A stretch of 24,000 bases of DNA from Leucobacter sp. UCMA 4100 (GCF_027853335.1 NZ_JAFEUS010000002.1:1014514-1038513); one strand, 5' to 3'. Shown: positions 15,250-24,000, numbered from the stretch's first letter. Translations and numbers: made by a program. The notes: generated from the sequence alone by a model not told the origin.

Positions 15250-15696
15250 TTAATCGAACTCGGGGGTCTCGACGCTGCACTCGACCTCTTCGCCCGGGAG
15301 GCCGTAAGCCGAGGCAATCTCATTTTCGCCGTCGAGCAAAATGCGGCAGTGGGCCACGAGCCCCGCTTCGGGCACGGCGCGCACGGTCGCCGTCTTGGTC
15401 GTGTCGATGATCGCATCGGTACTCCAGCCGGGCGCCACGGGCTGCACTCGCACGCTCTCGGCCTTTCCCATCTTGGGTGCCTTGCCGCGCTTCTCCTGGT
15501 TTGCGTACGAGACCTCGGCCGAGCTCGGCTCGTTCTGCCCCTCGACGCTGATTTCGTAGGTGACGCTCCAGGCGTCTTGCTTGAGCGGCGACAGGGCCGC
15601 CTCGGCGAGCGAGCAGCTTGCGAGAACGGTAACGCCGATGGCCGCACCAACGATTGCGAGCGCGACAGAACCGGTTTTGTGTGACGTTGCTTTCAT
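15250..15696 (-). CDS. MmpS-like small lipoprotein or membrane-anchored protein
   Basis: Likely start at MKATSHK… (ATG 15696), with a signal/TM segment and LASC lipobox. The C-terminal pattern …CRILLDGENEIA…VECS resembles the MmpS family. The 48 upstream codons in the track ORF look non-coding. Confidence 0.45.
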   Translation of the reverse strand: MKATSHKTGSVALAIVGAAIGVTVLASCSLAEAALSPLKQDAWSVTYEISVEGQNEPSSAEVSYANQEKRGKAPKMGKAESVRVQPVAPGWSTDAIIDTTKTATVRAVPEAGLVAHCRILLDGENEIASAYGLPGEEVECSVETPEFD

Positions 15697-15938
15697 ACTT
15701 CTACTCTGGCCAGAGAGGCCGCCACCCACATCGGGCCAGGGTATGAAGGTCACGCGCAGGCGTTGCACCTGGGTGCCATATGGCGTCGCGCCGTGGGCCG
15801 CGCAGGTCCAGGCGTCACACCGTGAGCCACACCGGGTCACGCGCCGAGCGGGCAGGCTGGCAGCTTGGCGATGCAGCCCAGCACAGTGGAAGGGTTGGAA
15901 CCCTGGTCAACGCGCGCAGTTCTCGCTACGGTGGCCCC

Positions 15939-16271
15939 ATGGCCATCGTCACGATCGTCTTAAGCCTCATCGCGCTCGCATCGGTGCAGCTGCCAGCGGC
16001 GGGCCTTGTTGGCCCAAACCGACTGCTCGGCATCAGGGTGAGTAGATCGCTCGCGAGCCCCGAGGCCTGGCGACGCGTGCACCGGCGCGCGCTTCCATTT
16101 TCGTGGGCTGGCACGATCGCCTGCTGGGTGCTCGTGACGCTCTCGTACACGAGCGCCCTTCCGGCAGCACTCACGCTTGCCCTCGCAGCGGCGGTTCTTG
16201 GGCTGGTGCTCGGCGCGTGGGCTGGCGTCGCCCGTGAGCGGCGCCTCGAGGCTGGCCGGCTCAGAGCGTAG
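15939..16271 (+). CDS. SdpI/YhfL-family small membrane protein
   Basis: Starts at MAIVTIVLSL… The motif GPNRLLGIRVSRSLASPEAWRRVHR matches the SdpI family signature, and there are 3 TM segments. The track ORF start at 15780 is probably an over-extension. Confidence 0.5.
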   Translation: MAIVTIVLSLIALASVQLPAAGLVGPNRLLGIRVSRSLASPEAWRRVHRRALPFSWAGTIACWVLVTLSYTSALPAALTLALAAAVLGLVLGAWAGVARERRLEAGRLRA

Positions 16272-17501
16272 CTACGCCTTCAGCCCCTCGACGAGCGGCA
16301 CCAGGGCGTCAACGAGCGCGCGAGCGGTCTCGCCCTTCGAGCCCTCGGCCTGACCCACGAGTGAGCCTCCCGCTTCGAGCAACCACAGGTGGTTGTGCTC
16401 CTTCTCAAAGCCCTGGCTCCACCCGACCGCGTTCACCGCGAGCAGATCGCAGCCCTTGCGCGCAAGCTTCGCACGGCCCCGCTCGAGCAGTTCTTCATCA
16501 TTCGCGACCGTCTCAGCCGCAAAGCCAACGAGCACGGGCTTCGCCAGATTCGATGAGCCCCTGGCGTCGACGAGGCCCCGCAGAATATCGGGATTTTCGA
16601 CGAGATTCAGGTGCAGAGACTCGCCCTGATCCGCCTTGCGAAGCTTGCCATCGGCAACCTCGGCCACGCGGTAATCTGACACGGCCGCGGCCATAACGAT
16701 CGCGTCGGCGCTCGCGGCGAGCAGGTGCACCGCGGCCTCAAGCTCGGCGGTCGAGCCCACGCGCGAAACCTCGATCGACGAAGCCAACCCCTCAAGCAGC
16801 CGCTGCTCGATGTTCGCCGCGATGAGCGTCACCGCAGCACCGCGCCGCGCCGCCTCAGCCGCGACCTCGATGCCCTGCCTGCCGCTCGACCGATTGCCGA
16901 TAAAGCGCACCGGATCGATCGGCTCGCGGGTACCGCCCGCGGTCACGAGCACGCGACAGCCGGTGAGGTCTTGCGCGACCGAGCTGAGCGCCATCGCCCG
17001 CTCAAAAATCTGCTCGGGTTCGGTCATACGGCCGAGCCCGCTGTCGGTCCCGGTGAGTTCGCCCGCCTCAGGCCCCACGAAGTGCACGCCACGCTCGCGC
17101 AGCGTGTGCACATTCGCCTGGGTCGATGCGTGCTGCCACATCTCAGTGTGCATCGCGGGGGCCACGAGCACGGGAGCCTTCGAAGCGATGAGCGTGGTGC
17201 CGAGCAGGTCATCGGCAATGCCCGCCGCCATCTTTGCGAGCGTGTTCGCCGTGGCGGGAGCAACCACGATGAGGTCGGCCTCCTGCCCCAGCCGCACGTG
17301 CCGCACCTCGGGCACGTCTTCATGCACGCTCGTCGTGACGGGATTGCGGCTCAGCGCCTCCCACGTCGGCTTGCCAACAAACTCGAGCGCGTTCTCGGTC
17401 GGCACCACCGTGACCGTGTGCCCCGCCTTGACCATAAGCCGCACGAGATGCACCGTTTTGTAGGCCGCGATGCCGCCTGTGACTCCCACCACGATTTTCA
17501 T
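16272..17501 (-). CDS. coaBC: Bifunctional phosphopantothenoylcysteine decarboxylase / phosphopantothenate-cysteine ligase
   Basis: MKIVVGVTGGIAAYK flavoprotein N-domain with PAMHTEMW, then the CoaB domain (VTAGGTREPIDPVRFIGNRSSG, AAVSDYR). Start taken at the ATG at 17501. Confidence 0.9.
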   Translation of the reverse strand: MKIVVGVTGGIAAYKTVHLVRLMVKAGHTVTVVPTENALEFVGKPTWEALSRNPVTTSVHEDVPEVRHVRLGQEADLIVVAPATANTLAKMAAGIADDLLGTTLIASKAPVLVAPAMHTEMWQHASTQANVHTLRERGVHFVGPEAGELTGTDSGLGRMTEPEQIFERAMALSSVAQDLTGCRVLVTAGGTREPIDPVRFIGNRSSGRQGIEVAAEAARRGAAVTLIAANIEQRLLEGLASSIEVSRVGSTAELEAAVHLLAASADAIVMAAAVSDYRVAEVADGKLRKADQGESLHLNLVENPDILRGLVDARGSSNLAKPVLVGFAAETVANDEELLERGRAKLARKGCDLLAVNAVGWSQGFEKEHNHLWLLEAGGSLVGQAEGSKGETARALVDALVPLVEGLKA

Positions 17502-17570
17502 ACTCTCATCATTGCACCCGAAGCTGCCCGGCGGGTGATCACCCATCGAGAAGCGGTTACGATCGAGGGT

Positions 17571-18317
17571 ATGTGCACCGTCATCGTTCAGGTTCCAGAG
17601 ACCACGTCAGGCCCGGTTCGGCTGCTCGCGATTCGCGACGAAGACCCGGCCCGCGCCTGGGACGCTCCAGGCGAGTGGTGGCCAGAACTTCCAGGCCTCA
17701 CCGGGGTACGCGATCGCCGAGCAGGCGGAGCGTGGCTCGCAACACAAGACGACAAGCTCTCGGTCATTCTCAACCGCGCCGAGCCCGGGGAGCACCCAGG
17801 ATTTCCCACCCGCGCTTGGCCACGCTCGCGCGGAGGGATCGTGCTCAATGCCGCGCAGGGGTCTGAGCCCGGCGCCAACCCCGAGACGGCTCCCTTCAAC
17901 CTCGTCACGGTCGAGGGGTCCACCGTCACGGTCATCCGCTGGGACGGCTCAGCCCTCGCCCGCGAAACCCTCGCCCCCGGCGTGCACATGCTCGCCCACG
18001 ACGACGTCGACGACCCCGACACCGCCCGCATTGCTGCGTGGCTGCCCCGCTTTCGCGAGCTCACTCACGCCGCCCCCGAACACTGGCGCGACGAGTGGAT
18101 CGCCCTGCTCGCCACCTCTGCGCAGCTCCCGATCGACGACGACCGGGCCATCATTCGCGACAACACCGCGCACGGCTTCCCGACCGCGTCGCTGCTCGTG
18201 TGCGTGGCAGATATTACGGCGGATCCCGCTGGTCCCGCCGTCTCACTCGAAAGCGCGACGCTGGGCCGCCCGGCCCAGTGGGACAACCCCGAATTCGTGA
18301 GCGCGCCCCTGGCGTGA
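17571..18317 (+). CDS. NRDE/TANGO2-like (DUF833) family protein
   Basis: Begins MCTVIV… (the Met-Cys start is typical of this family), and LLAIRDE… and AGGAWLA motifs are present. Only the last 248 codons of the 530-aa track ORF are used, because the rest is antisense to coaBC. Confidence 0.55.
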   Translation: MCTVIVQVPETTSGPVRLLAIRDEDPARAWDAPGEWWPELPGLTGVRDRRAGGAWLATQDDKLSVILNRAEPGEHPGFPTRAWPRSRGGIVLNAAQGSEPGANPETAPFNLVTVEGSTVTVIRWDGSALARETLAPGVHMLAHDDVDDPDTARIAAWLPRFRELTHAAPEHWRDEWIALLATSAQLPIDDDRAIIRDNTAHGFPTASLLVCVADITADPAGPAVSLESATLGRPAQWDNPEFVSAPLA

Positions 18318-18323
18318 GACCTA

Positions 18324-18578
18324 CTACGCTGCTTGCTCTGGCAGCCTGCCCACCACGATGGAGCCCGCAATAAGGCTCGCCGCGAGCGGCAACCCGAAGA
18401 AACCCAACAGCTTCACGAACCATTGCACGAGGGCAAACAGCAGCTGATTCTGGGGCGCGAACGAAAAGAGCACCTCGTTCATGAGCAAGAGCGCGATGAC
18501 CCCGCCAACGAGCAGGCCAATCGCCCAGTTGCGCATCTTCTTCGCGAGCTCTCGGTTGGTCGTAATTTCACTGGACAT
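18324..18578 (-). CDS. Small hypothetical membrane protein (84 aa, 2 predicted TM helices)
   Basis: An ORF with two clear hydrophobic stretches. No family was recognised. Confidence 0.4.
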   Translation of the reverse strand: MSSEITTNRELAKKMRNWAIGLLVGGVIALLLMNEVLFSFAPQNQLLFALVQWFVKLLGFFGLPLAASLIAGSIVVGRLPEQAA

Positions 18579-18790
18579 TGCTCTCCCGGCCTCTCATTAC
18601 GCCGCGGGAAACCCCCGCGCTTCCTGAGGCCACGAGCCCTGACAAGCCGTATCACGACCGCGTGACGCTCTCACCACAGGCTCGCACAGACCCGCGTCTG
18701 GCGCAAGGACAACGGGGATGGGGTGGTGCTGGCGTGATCCGCAGCGTGGGTTCGGTGGCGACCTTCATGCCCAGCTCGAAGCACCTACGC

Positions 18791-18828
18791 AAAAGCCCCT
18801 CCCACCGATCAGAGTGGAAGGGGCTTTT
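18791..18828 (-). terminator. Rho-independent terminator downstream of tRNA-Thr
   Basis: AAAAGCCCCTCCCA-N10-TGGAAGGGGCTTTT forms a 13/14-bp stem. T-runs follow on both strands, so it could be bidirectional. Confidence 0.7.
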
Positions 18829-18836
18829 GTTCTCTG

Positions 18837-18909
18837 AGCCGCCTGCGAGAATCGAACTCGCGACCTTTTCATTACGAGTGAAACGCTCTACCGACTGAGC
18901 TAAGGCGGC
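18837..18909 (-). tRNA. tRNA-Thr (anticodon CGT)
   Basis: The reverse complement GCCGCCTTAGCTCAGTCGGTAGAGCGTTTCACTCGTAATGAAAAGGTCGCGAGTTCGATTCTCGCAGGCGGCT was folded by hand into a cloverleaf. It has a 7-bp acceptor stem, a GCTC/GAGC D stem, anticodon loop CTCGTAA and a GTTCGATTC T-loop. CCA is not encoded. Confidence 0.9.
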
Positions 18910-18986
18910 CTGTGCACAAACTTCTGCGCACAAAAGAATACGTTAGCACGATTTGCTCGTGAGAAAGAAATCGGTACGCTTCACAT

Positions 18987-19370
18987 ATGAACTCCGTGTC
19001 GGCTCGCGTAGATAGCTGGGTTTGGGCCGTGCGGCTCGCAAAAACTCGAAGCCAGGCAACCGCTGCCTGCAAGGGCGGTCACGTGCGCGTGAACGACGCC
19101 CCGGCGAAGCCCGCGCAGCCCGTTCGAGTGGGTGACGTCGTGCGAGTCAGACTCCACAATTCAGAGCGCATCTACCGGGTCACGGGGCTCGCGACGAAAC
19201 GCGGCAGCGCCACCGAGGCGGCGAAGTACTACGAAGACCTCACTCCCCCGCCACCGCCGAAGGTCGAGCGGCCACTCGCGGTGATCCGCGACCCCGGCAC
19301 CGGCCGCCCCTCGAAGCGGGAGCGACGCCAGCTCGACGAGCTGCGTGGGTGGGACTCGCATACGCAGTAG
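18987..19370 (+). CDS. S4-domain RNA-binding protein (Hsp15/HslR-like)
   Basis: 127 aa. The S4 fold signature is VDSWVWAVRLAKTRSQATAACKGGHVRVNDAPAKPAQPVRVGDVV. Confidence 0.65.
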   Translation: MNSVSARVDSWVWAVRLAKTRSQATAACKGGHVRVNDAPAKPAQPVRVGDVVRVRLHNSERIYRVTGLATKRGSATEAAKYYEDLTPPPPPKVERPLAVIRDPGTGRPSKRERRQLDELRGWDSHTQ

Positions 19371-19454
19371 CTGGCGGGGCCGTGGCGGGTGTCGGTGTGC
19401 GGCGGCGTGCGCCGGTTTGGCCTCGGTTGGCTGGTGCGCGCTGATTTCTCGTCT

Positions 19455-19506
19455 ACTTGACGAAAAGCAGGGTGTTTTCGCTTCAGCACCCTGCTTTTCG
19501 TCAAGT
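19455..19506. repeat. Perfect 20-bp-stem palindromic hairpin element, copy 1
   Basis: ACTTGACGAAAAGCAGGGTG - 12 nt - CACCCTGCTTTTCGTCAAGT. Confidence 0.85.
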
Positions 19507-19537
19507 GGATTGCGCGGGGGCGTGCGCCGTTCGCCTG

Positions 19538-19588
19538 CTTGACAGAAAGCAGGGTTATCGAGCCCAAACACCCTGCTTTTCGTCAAGT
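19538..19588. repeat. Palindromic hairpin element, copy 2 (imperfect)
   Basis: CTTGACAGAAAGCAGGGT - 14 nt - ACCCTGCTTTTCGTCAAGT has the same arms as copy 1 with a 2-nt difference in the left arm. Confidence 0.8.
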
Positions 19589-19595
19589 AAACGTG

Positions 19596-19647
19596 CCCGG
19601 CCGACGCACCCGGCCGACGCACCCGGCCAAGGCGCCCGGCCAACGCA
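19596..19647. repeat. 13-bp tandem repeat x4 (CCCGGCCGACGCA and variants)
   Basis: The four units are cccggccgacgca, cccggccgacgca, cccggccaaggcg and cccggccaacgca, immediately after hairpin copy 2. Confidence 0.8.
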
Positions 19648-19784
19648 CTCGCTCAACGCCCCAAGGCCATCCACCCAACAGAAGAAGGCCGCGGCGCAAG
19701 CGCCGCCTCCTCGCCCGCGAGCCGCAAGCGGCGTGAAGCAGCGCAGCAGTGAGCCCCGCGCAGAGGCGCAGTGCAGCTCAGCGT

Positions 19785-19822
19785 GGGCAGCGGCGGGAGG
19801 CAACACGGCAACGCCGCTGCCC
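19785..19822 (-). terminator. GC-rich hairpin downstream of the peptidase gene
   Basis: GGGCAGCGGCG-N16-CGCCGCTGCCC forms a perfect 11-bp stem 22 nt past the stop at 19844. There is no U-tract, which is common in high-GC actinobacteria. Confidence 0.45.
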
Positions 19823-19843
19823 CGCGCCGTGCCGCGGCGCGCG

Positions 19844-21382
19844 CTAGTCGCAGTCGACCGGGCCCGAGGGCACCGTGCCGTTCACGAAGTAGTCGTCGAC
19901 CGTGTCGTTCACGCAGCTGCTCGCACCGTTGTAGGCCGTGTGGCCCTCGCCGTTGTAGGTGAGCAGGCGGGCGTCGTCGAGCTGGTCGGCGAGGCGCTTC
20001 GACCAGGCGTACGGGGTCGCGGGGTCGCCCGTGGTGCCGACCACCATGATCGGGTCAGAGCCCTTGGCGTTCATGGGGCCGCGATCGTCGAAGCCCGGGA
20101 AGGGCCACTCTTCGCAGCTGATGTCGCCGTAGCCCGCATACTTGCCGAAGATGGGGGCGGCCTCGGCGATCTCGGCCGCCTGCTTGCGCATTTCTTCAAC
20201 CGAGACGCCGCGCGGGTAGTCGAGGCAGTTGATCGCCGAGAAGGCGACGGTCGAGTTGTCGGTGTATTCGCCGTACTCGCGACTGTAGTAGAGGTCGGCG
20301 ATGAGCTGAGCGGTGTCGGTCTCGCCGGCGCTCACCTCTTCGAAGAGCACCTGCAGGTACGGCCATGAGCTCTCGCTGTAGAGCACCGTGATCATCGCCG
20401 TCATGAAGGTGTCGACCGAGACCCAGCGGCCGTCGGGGGCCTGCATGGGGTTGCGGTCGACCTCGTCGAGCATGGCGCCGATTTCGAGCATCGCGTCGTC
20501 GACGGTGCCGGTGAAGAAGCAGTCATCGCCCGCGAGGCAGTGCTCGAGGTAGGCGCGCATTGCCTGTTCGAAGCCCTGCTGCTGCATGAGCACGACCTCG
20601 TGCATGGTGACGTCTGGGGCGATCGCACCGTCGAGCACGAGCTTGCCGGCGCGCTCCGGGAACATATCGGCGTAGACCGTGCCGATAAAGGTGCCGTACG
20701 AGTAGCCGAGGTAGTTGAGCTTCTCGTCGCCGGCGAGGTGGCGCAGCAAGTCAAGGTCTTGAGCGGTCGAGTGGGTGTCGACGTGGGCAAGCAGTGGGCC
20801 CGTGCCCTCGAGGCAGTCGTCGGCGAAATCGCGTGCCTCTTCGCGGGCTTCGTCGATCCACTCGTCGCTGCCGGGTTCACGCCCTGAGTCTTCGCGGGGG
20901 TCGCCAAAGAGCATCTCGTCGAGCTCTTCGTCGCTGTAGCAATAGACCGCGCTCGAGTTGCCAACGCCGCGCGGGTCCCAGCCGACGATGTCGAATGACT
21001 CCTGCAGGCGCTTCGAAACGGCACCGTCGACGCCGTCTCGCACGTACTGGCCGCCACCTGAGCCGGGGCCGCCGGGGTTCACGAAGAGCGTGCCGAGCTT
21101 CGTGCCGGTCGCGGGCTTCTTCACGAGCGCGAGGCTAATGGTTTCGCTCTCGGGGTCGTTCCAGTCGAGGGGTGCGCCGACGCGGGTGCACTCGAAGCCG
21201 TCGCCGCAGTCTTTCCACTCGGGCTCTTGCTCGGTGAAGCGGTCGAGGCCTTCAAGCGACTCGTCAACCTGCACTTCTGGTGGCTGCCAGCCGCTGTTCG
21301 AGGGCAGGGTGAGCCCCGAGCAGGCTGAGAGCAGCAGGGTGAGGGTTGCCGTCGTGGCGAGGGCTGCGGTGAGTCGTTTCAC
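19844..21382 (-). CDS. Secreted alpha/beta-hydrolase lipoprotein, S33 tripeptidyl-aminopeptidase (Tap/SlpD-like)
   Basis: Signal peptide with lipobox LLLSACSG, nucleophile elbow GYSYGT, and a C-terminal TAP-like region (VGTTGDPATPY…GEGHTAY). Confidence 0.7.
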   Translation of the reverse strand: MKRLTAALATTATLTLLLSACSGLTLPSNSGWQPPEVQVDESLEGLDRFTEQEPEWKDCGDGFECTRVGAPLDWNDPESETISLALVKKPATGTKLGTLFVNPGGPGSGGGQYVRDGVDGAVSKRLQESFDIVGWDPRGVGNSSAVYCYSDEELDEMLFGDPREDSGREPGSDEWIDEAREEARDFADDCLEGTGPLLAHVDTHSTAQDLDLLRHLAGDEKLNYLGYSYGTFIGTVYADMFPERAGKLVLDGAIAPDVTMHEVVLMQQQGFEQAMRAYLEHCLAGDDCFFTGTVDDAMLEIGAMLDEVDRNPMQAPDGRWVSVDTFMTAMITVLYSESSWPYLQVLFEEVSAGETDTAQLIADLYYSREYGEYTDNSTVAFSAINCLDYPRGVSVEEMRKQAAEIAEAAPIFGKYAGYGDISCEEWPFPGFDDRGPMNAKGSDPIMVVGTTGDPATPYAWSKRLADQLDDARLLTYNGEGHTAYNGASSCVNDTVDDYFVNGTVPSGPVDCD

Positions 21383-22554
21383 GCACGGTCCTTTCTGTGG
21401 TGAGGGGCCTCGAGAAGAAAAGAGGCCATGAGCGACTCGAGTACCAGCGCAGCCGAGACGTTTCTGAGCAGCTGTTCGCGGGCCGCGGCCACGCGATCAA
21501 GCCTATAGAGTACTCCCTCGGCGCCGATGCTGGCGGCGAGGGCTTCGATTTGGGTGCGAAACTCTTCATTGATGAGGGGTTGCTGCGCGTCAAGGGCCAC
21601 GAGGGCGGTGTCGCGCAGCACCGAACCGATGTCGGTGAGAATGCGGTCGATGCCGTCGGTCACGCTGCGCTTCGCGCGGCGCTTCTGATCGTCTTCGAGC
21701 TCGCGAAACTGGGCGCGCAGTTTCATGGGAATCGCGGCGCCGGGAGCCAGGCCAAGGTTGCGCAGTAGCTCTTCGCGCTCTTTCTCGTCACGACTCTCGG
21801 TGAGCGCCTGGGCGTCGGCCTCGGCGAGCTTCGCGAGACGACCCGCGGCCCGCATCGCGTCGCTCAGGCTGCCGATCGCGAGCACGGTGCGCAGGGTGTC
21901 TTCGCGTCGTTCGCGCGCCTCGGCGTCGGTCGCGAGCTTCTTGGCCATGCCGATGTGGCTCTGCGCAAGGCGCGCCGCCCTAGCCGCCTCGTCAGGCGCG
22001 ATGTTGTCGCGCTCTTCGAGCAGCTGGGCGACCGCCTCCTGCGTCGGGGTCACGAGCCGAAGCGAGCGCGCCCGCGAGCTGATCGTGGGCAGCAGGTCGG
22101 CCTCGCTCGGCGCGCACAGTACCCACACCGTCGTCGCTGGCGGCTCTTCGAGCTCCTTGAGAATGGTGTTCGAGGTGCGCTCGGGCAGACGATCGGCGTC
22201 TTCAGCGAGAATCACGCGAAACCGGCCGTTCGTCGGGGCGTAGTTCGAGCGTGAGGCGACGTGCCTCGCGTCGTCGATCTTAATGATCGAGCCCTCGGTC
22301 GTGAGCACCTCGAGGTCGGGGTGCGTGTGCGCCCTGACCTGTCGGTAGACCTCTTCACGCTCGTCGGGGGTGCGGGCAATGAGCGCCGCCGCAAAACGGT
22401 ATGCAAGATTCGAGCGCCCCGAACCGGGAGGGCCCGTGATGAGCCACGCATGGGCAAGGTCACTCGCGCCCTCGGGCGAGGTGACGTGCTCAAGCGTTTC
22501 GATAGCGGCCTCTTGCCCTACCGCCTCGCTCCAAAATCGATCAACCGTGTGCAT
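21379..22554 (-). CDS. holB: DNA polymerase III subunit delta'
   Basis: AAA+ clamp-loader N-domain: GQEAAIETL…HAWLITGPPGSGRS, ILAEDADRL…SNTILKELEEPP, and an SRARSL sensor motif. 391 aa, typical of actinobacterial HolB. Confidence 0.75.
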   Translation of the reverse strand: MHTVDRFWSEAVGQEAAIETLEHVTSPEGASDLAHAWLITGPPGSGRSNLAYRFAAALIARTPDEREEVYRQVRAHTHPDLEVLTTEGSIIKIDDARHVASRSNYAPTNGRFRVILAEDADRLPERTSNTILKELEEPPATTVWVLCAPSEADLLPTISSRARSLRLVTPTQEAVAQLLEERDNIAPDEAARAARLAQSHIGMAKKLATDAEARERREDTLRTVLAIGSLSDAMRAAGRLAKLAEADAQALTESRDEKEREELLRNLGLAPGAAIPMKLRAQFRELEDDQKRRAKRSVTDGIDRILTDIGSVLRDTALVALDAQQPLINEEFRTQIEALAASIGAEGVLYRLDRVAAAREQLLRNVSAALVLESLMASFLLEAPHHRKDRA

Positions 22555-22591
22555 GCGTCAAGCCTAGCCGCAGCGTCTGACGTTACGCCCG

Positions 22592-23416
22592 TTAGGCGAC
22601 GTCACCGCGCCAGCGCAGCGCCCAACCGGCGAGCACCGAAACGACCGCGTATGCCACGAGCACAAAGAACGCGGGAGCGACCTCGAGCACCGACGATGGT
22701 GCGCCCGACATCGACGAGTCGAACACCCCCATGCCGCCAAGAATCGAGGCGCCAACGAAGCCGTCAGACGCGCTACCCGGCAAGAACTTCACGACGCTCG
22801 CCATCCACTCCCACATCATCGACGTGGCGCGGACGGTCGGCTCAATGAACTGCGTGAATACGAGCATGAGCACGATCGTCACCGCCTGATTGCGCACGAG
22901 CAGGCCGACGCCAAAGCCGATCACGGCCCAGAGCCCGATCGCGACGAGCGTGCGCAGCCCGAGCAGGGCGGTCGCCGTCGTGAGCCACCCGGCTGGCAGG
23001 AGGATCGCGGCCATCACGCCGGCACCGATGAGCCCCGCGGCGCCGAGCAGCGCACCGATCACGAGCAGCACGATGACCTTGCCCGTAAGCACGATGCCCC
23101 GTTTAGGCTCGGCAATGAACGAGAGGCCGAGAATCTTGTGGCGCAGCTCACCCGTCGCCATGATGGCACCGAGCAGCAGCGGAATCACGTAGCAGAACCC
23201 CGAAACCGACGAGAGCACGAGCTTGCCCATCTGCTCGGGTGACATGCCGAGCCCTGCGCCTCCCGTATCGAGGTTGTCGGCGAACGCGAACATACCGGCG
23301 AACACGCCGCCCATGATGCCCGCGTAGATGAGCATGACGAGGGCGAGAATCCACCACAGTTTCGTCGCGGTAACCTTGCGCCATTCGGCCGAGAGGCTTC
23401 GAGTCAGGCGGTTCAT
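22592..23416 (-). CDS. ABC-2 type exporter permease
   Basis: 274 aa with about 6 TM helices. Its start overlaps the stop of the upstream ABC ATPase by 4 nt. Confidence 0.7.
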   Translation of the reverse strand: MNRLTRSLSAEWRKVTATKLWWILALVMLIYAGIMGGVFAGMFAFADNLDTGGAGLGMSPEQMGKLVLSSVSGFCYVIPLLLGAIMATGELRHKILGLSFIAEPKRGIVLTGKVIVLLVIGALLGAAGLIGAGVMAAILLPAGWLTTATALLGLRTLVAIGLWAVIGFGVGLLVRNQAVTIVLMLVFTQFIEPTVRATSMMWEWMASVVKFLPGSASDGFVGASILGGMGVFDSSMSGAPSSVLEVAPAFFVLVAYAVVSVLAGWALRWRGDVA

Positions 23417-24000
23417 GCGTCGCTCCCCTGTCCGGTAAGTTCCAAGAAGCTCGCTTCGAGCTCGGGTCGTGGTGTGCTGAGGTGTGTGAGGGCAACGCCC
23501 GCCGCAAACGCGACCTGGCCGGCCTGTCCCGCCTCCAGCCCCGTGACGACGAGCGCCTCGGTGCCCCTCATGCCGGCGACGTGAGCCCCGGCTGCTTCGA
23601 GAGCGGCGGCGAGAGCCTGGCGATCCGCCGCGTCAATGAGCGCGGTCGGCTGCGTTTGTTCGCCCTGAATGCCAGAGAGGGGGCCTGCGTATGCGAGCGA
23701 TCCCTTGCGAATCACGACGACATCGTCGACCGTTTGCGCGACCTCGCTCAGCAGGTGAGACGAGAGCAGCACGGTTTTGCCCTCAGAGGCGAGGTGGCGC
23801 AGGAACATGCGGATCCACCTGATGCCCTCAGGGTCGAGGCCGTTGATGGGCTCGTCGAGCACGATGACCTTCGGATCGCCGAGCAGCGCCGCGGCGAGCG
23901 CGAGTCGCTGGCGCATCCCGAGCGAGTACCCGCCAACCTTGCGCCCGGCTGCGTCGCTGATGCCGGTGAGCGCGAGCATCTCGTCGATGCGCGAGACCGG
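23413..24000 (-). CDS. ABC transporter ATP-binding protein (partial; N-terminus outside the window)
   Basis: Signature-like YSLGMRQRLALAAALL, Walker B VIVLDEPINGLDPEG and an H-loop LLSSHLL. The reading frame stays open to the window edge. Confidence 0.8.
   Translation of the reverse strand, partial: PVSRIDEMLALTGISDAAGRKVGGYSLGMRQRLALAAALLGDPKVIVLDEPINGLDPEGIRWIRMFLRHLASEGKTVLLSSHLLSEVAQTVDDVVVIRKGSLAYAGPLSGIQGEQTQPTALIDAADRQALAAALEAAGAHVAGMRGTEALVVTGLEAGQAGQVAFAAGVALTHLSTPRPELEASFLELTGQGSDA

Noticed and set aside
16725-17570. N-terminal 282 codons of the 530-aa plus-strand ORF (16725..18317)
   Set aside because: This stretch is entirely antisense to the well-supported coaBC gene. It is Arg/His/Pro-rich low-complexity sequence, typical of spurious frames in high-GC DNA. 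A recognisable protein (the NRDE family, starting MCTVIV) begins only at 17571.
18837-18909. tRNA-Thr as the integration site of the island
   Set aside because: The tRNA lies about 5.5 kb from the island's right edge, with five native high-GC genes in between. There is no partial tRNA duplication at either island border.
19596-19647. Tandem 13-bp repeats and the twin hairpins as a CRISPR array
   Set aside because: The 13-mers are contiguous with no spacers. There are only two hairpin copies, with non-CRISPR geometry and an 83-bp period. No cas genes are in the window.
19457-20368. 303-aa plus-strand ORF spanning the hairpin region and running antisense into the peptidase gene
   Set aside because: The composition (Ala/Arg/Val/Gly runs) is typical of an antisense high-GC frame. 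Its 5' part is generated by the palindromic repeats. The opposite strand encodes a protein with clear hydrolase motifs.

Overview
High-GC actinobacterial chromosome, probably Micrococcales-like, with almost all genes on the minus strand. The core genes are ordinary housekeeping: an aliphatic-sulfonate/nitrate/taurine-type ABC importer (58-2920), a MurJ-like flippase, an MmpS-like lipoprotein, an SdpI-like membrane protein, CoaBC, an NRDE-family protein, tRNA-Thr(CGT), an S4-domain protein, a secreted S33 alpha/beta-hydrolase peptidase, HolB and an ABC-2 exporter. A ~10.1 kb block (about 3219-13331) interrupts this background and has visibly lower GC. Hand counts of single 60-nt lines gave 47-57% inside the block and 62-75% outside. 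The block carries nine tightly packed, co-directional minus-strand genes, several with ATGA or GTGA start/stop overlaps. In transcription order they are a DAO-family FAD oxidoreductase, an aldehyde dehydrogenase, UbiX, a histidine-ammonia-lyase-type MIO enzyme, a UbiD-family decarboxylase, an IclR regulator, and a polar-amino-acid ABC importer (SBP, permease, ATPase). It contains no integrase, transposase or canonical hut genes. Two copies of an ~84-bp element with terminal inverted repeats bracket it exactly, and a third copy lies 1.7 kb further on. The most interesting hypothesis is that the HAL + UbiD/UbiX core is an undescribed route: amino acid -> acrylate (urocanate, judging by the HAL-type selectivity motif) -> prFMN-dependent decarboxylation to a vinyl product. 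The FAD oxidase and ALDH would then act either before or after these steps. All functional calls rest on motif recognition in the supplied translations, because no database search was possible.
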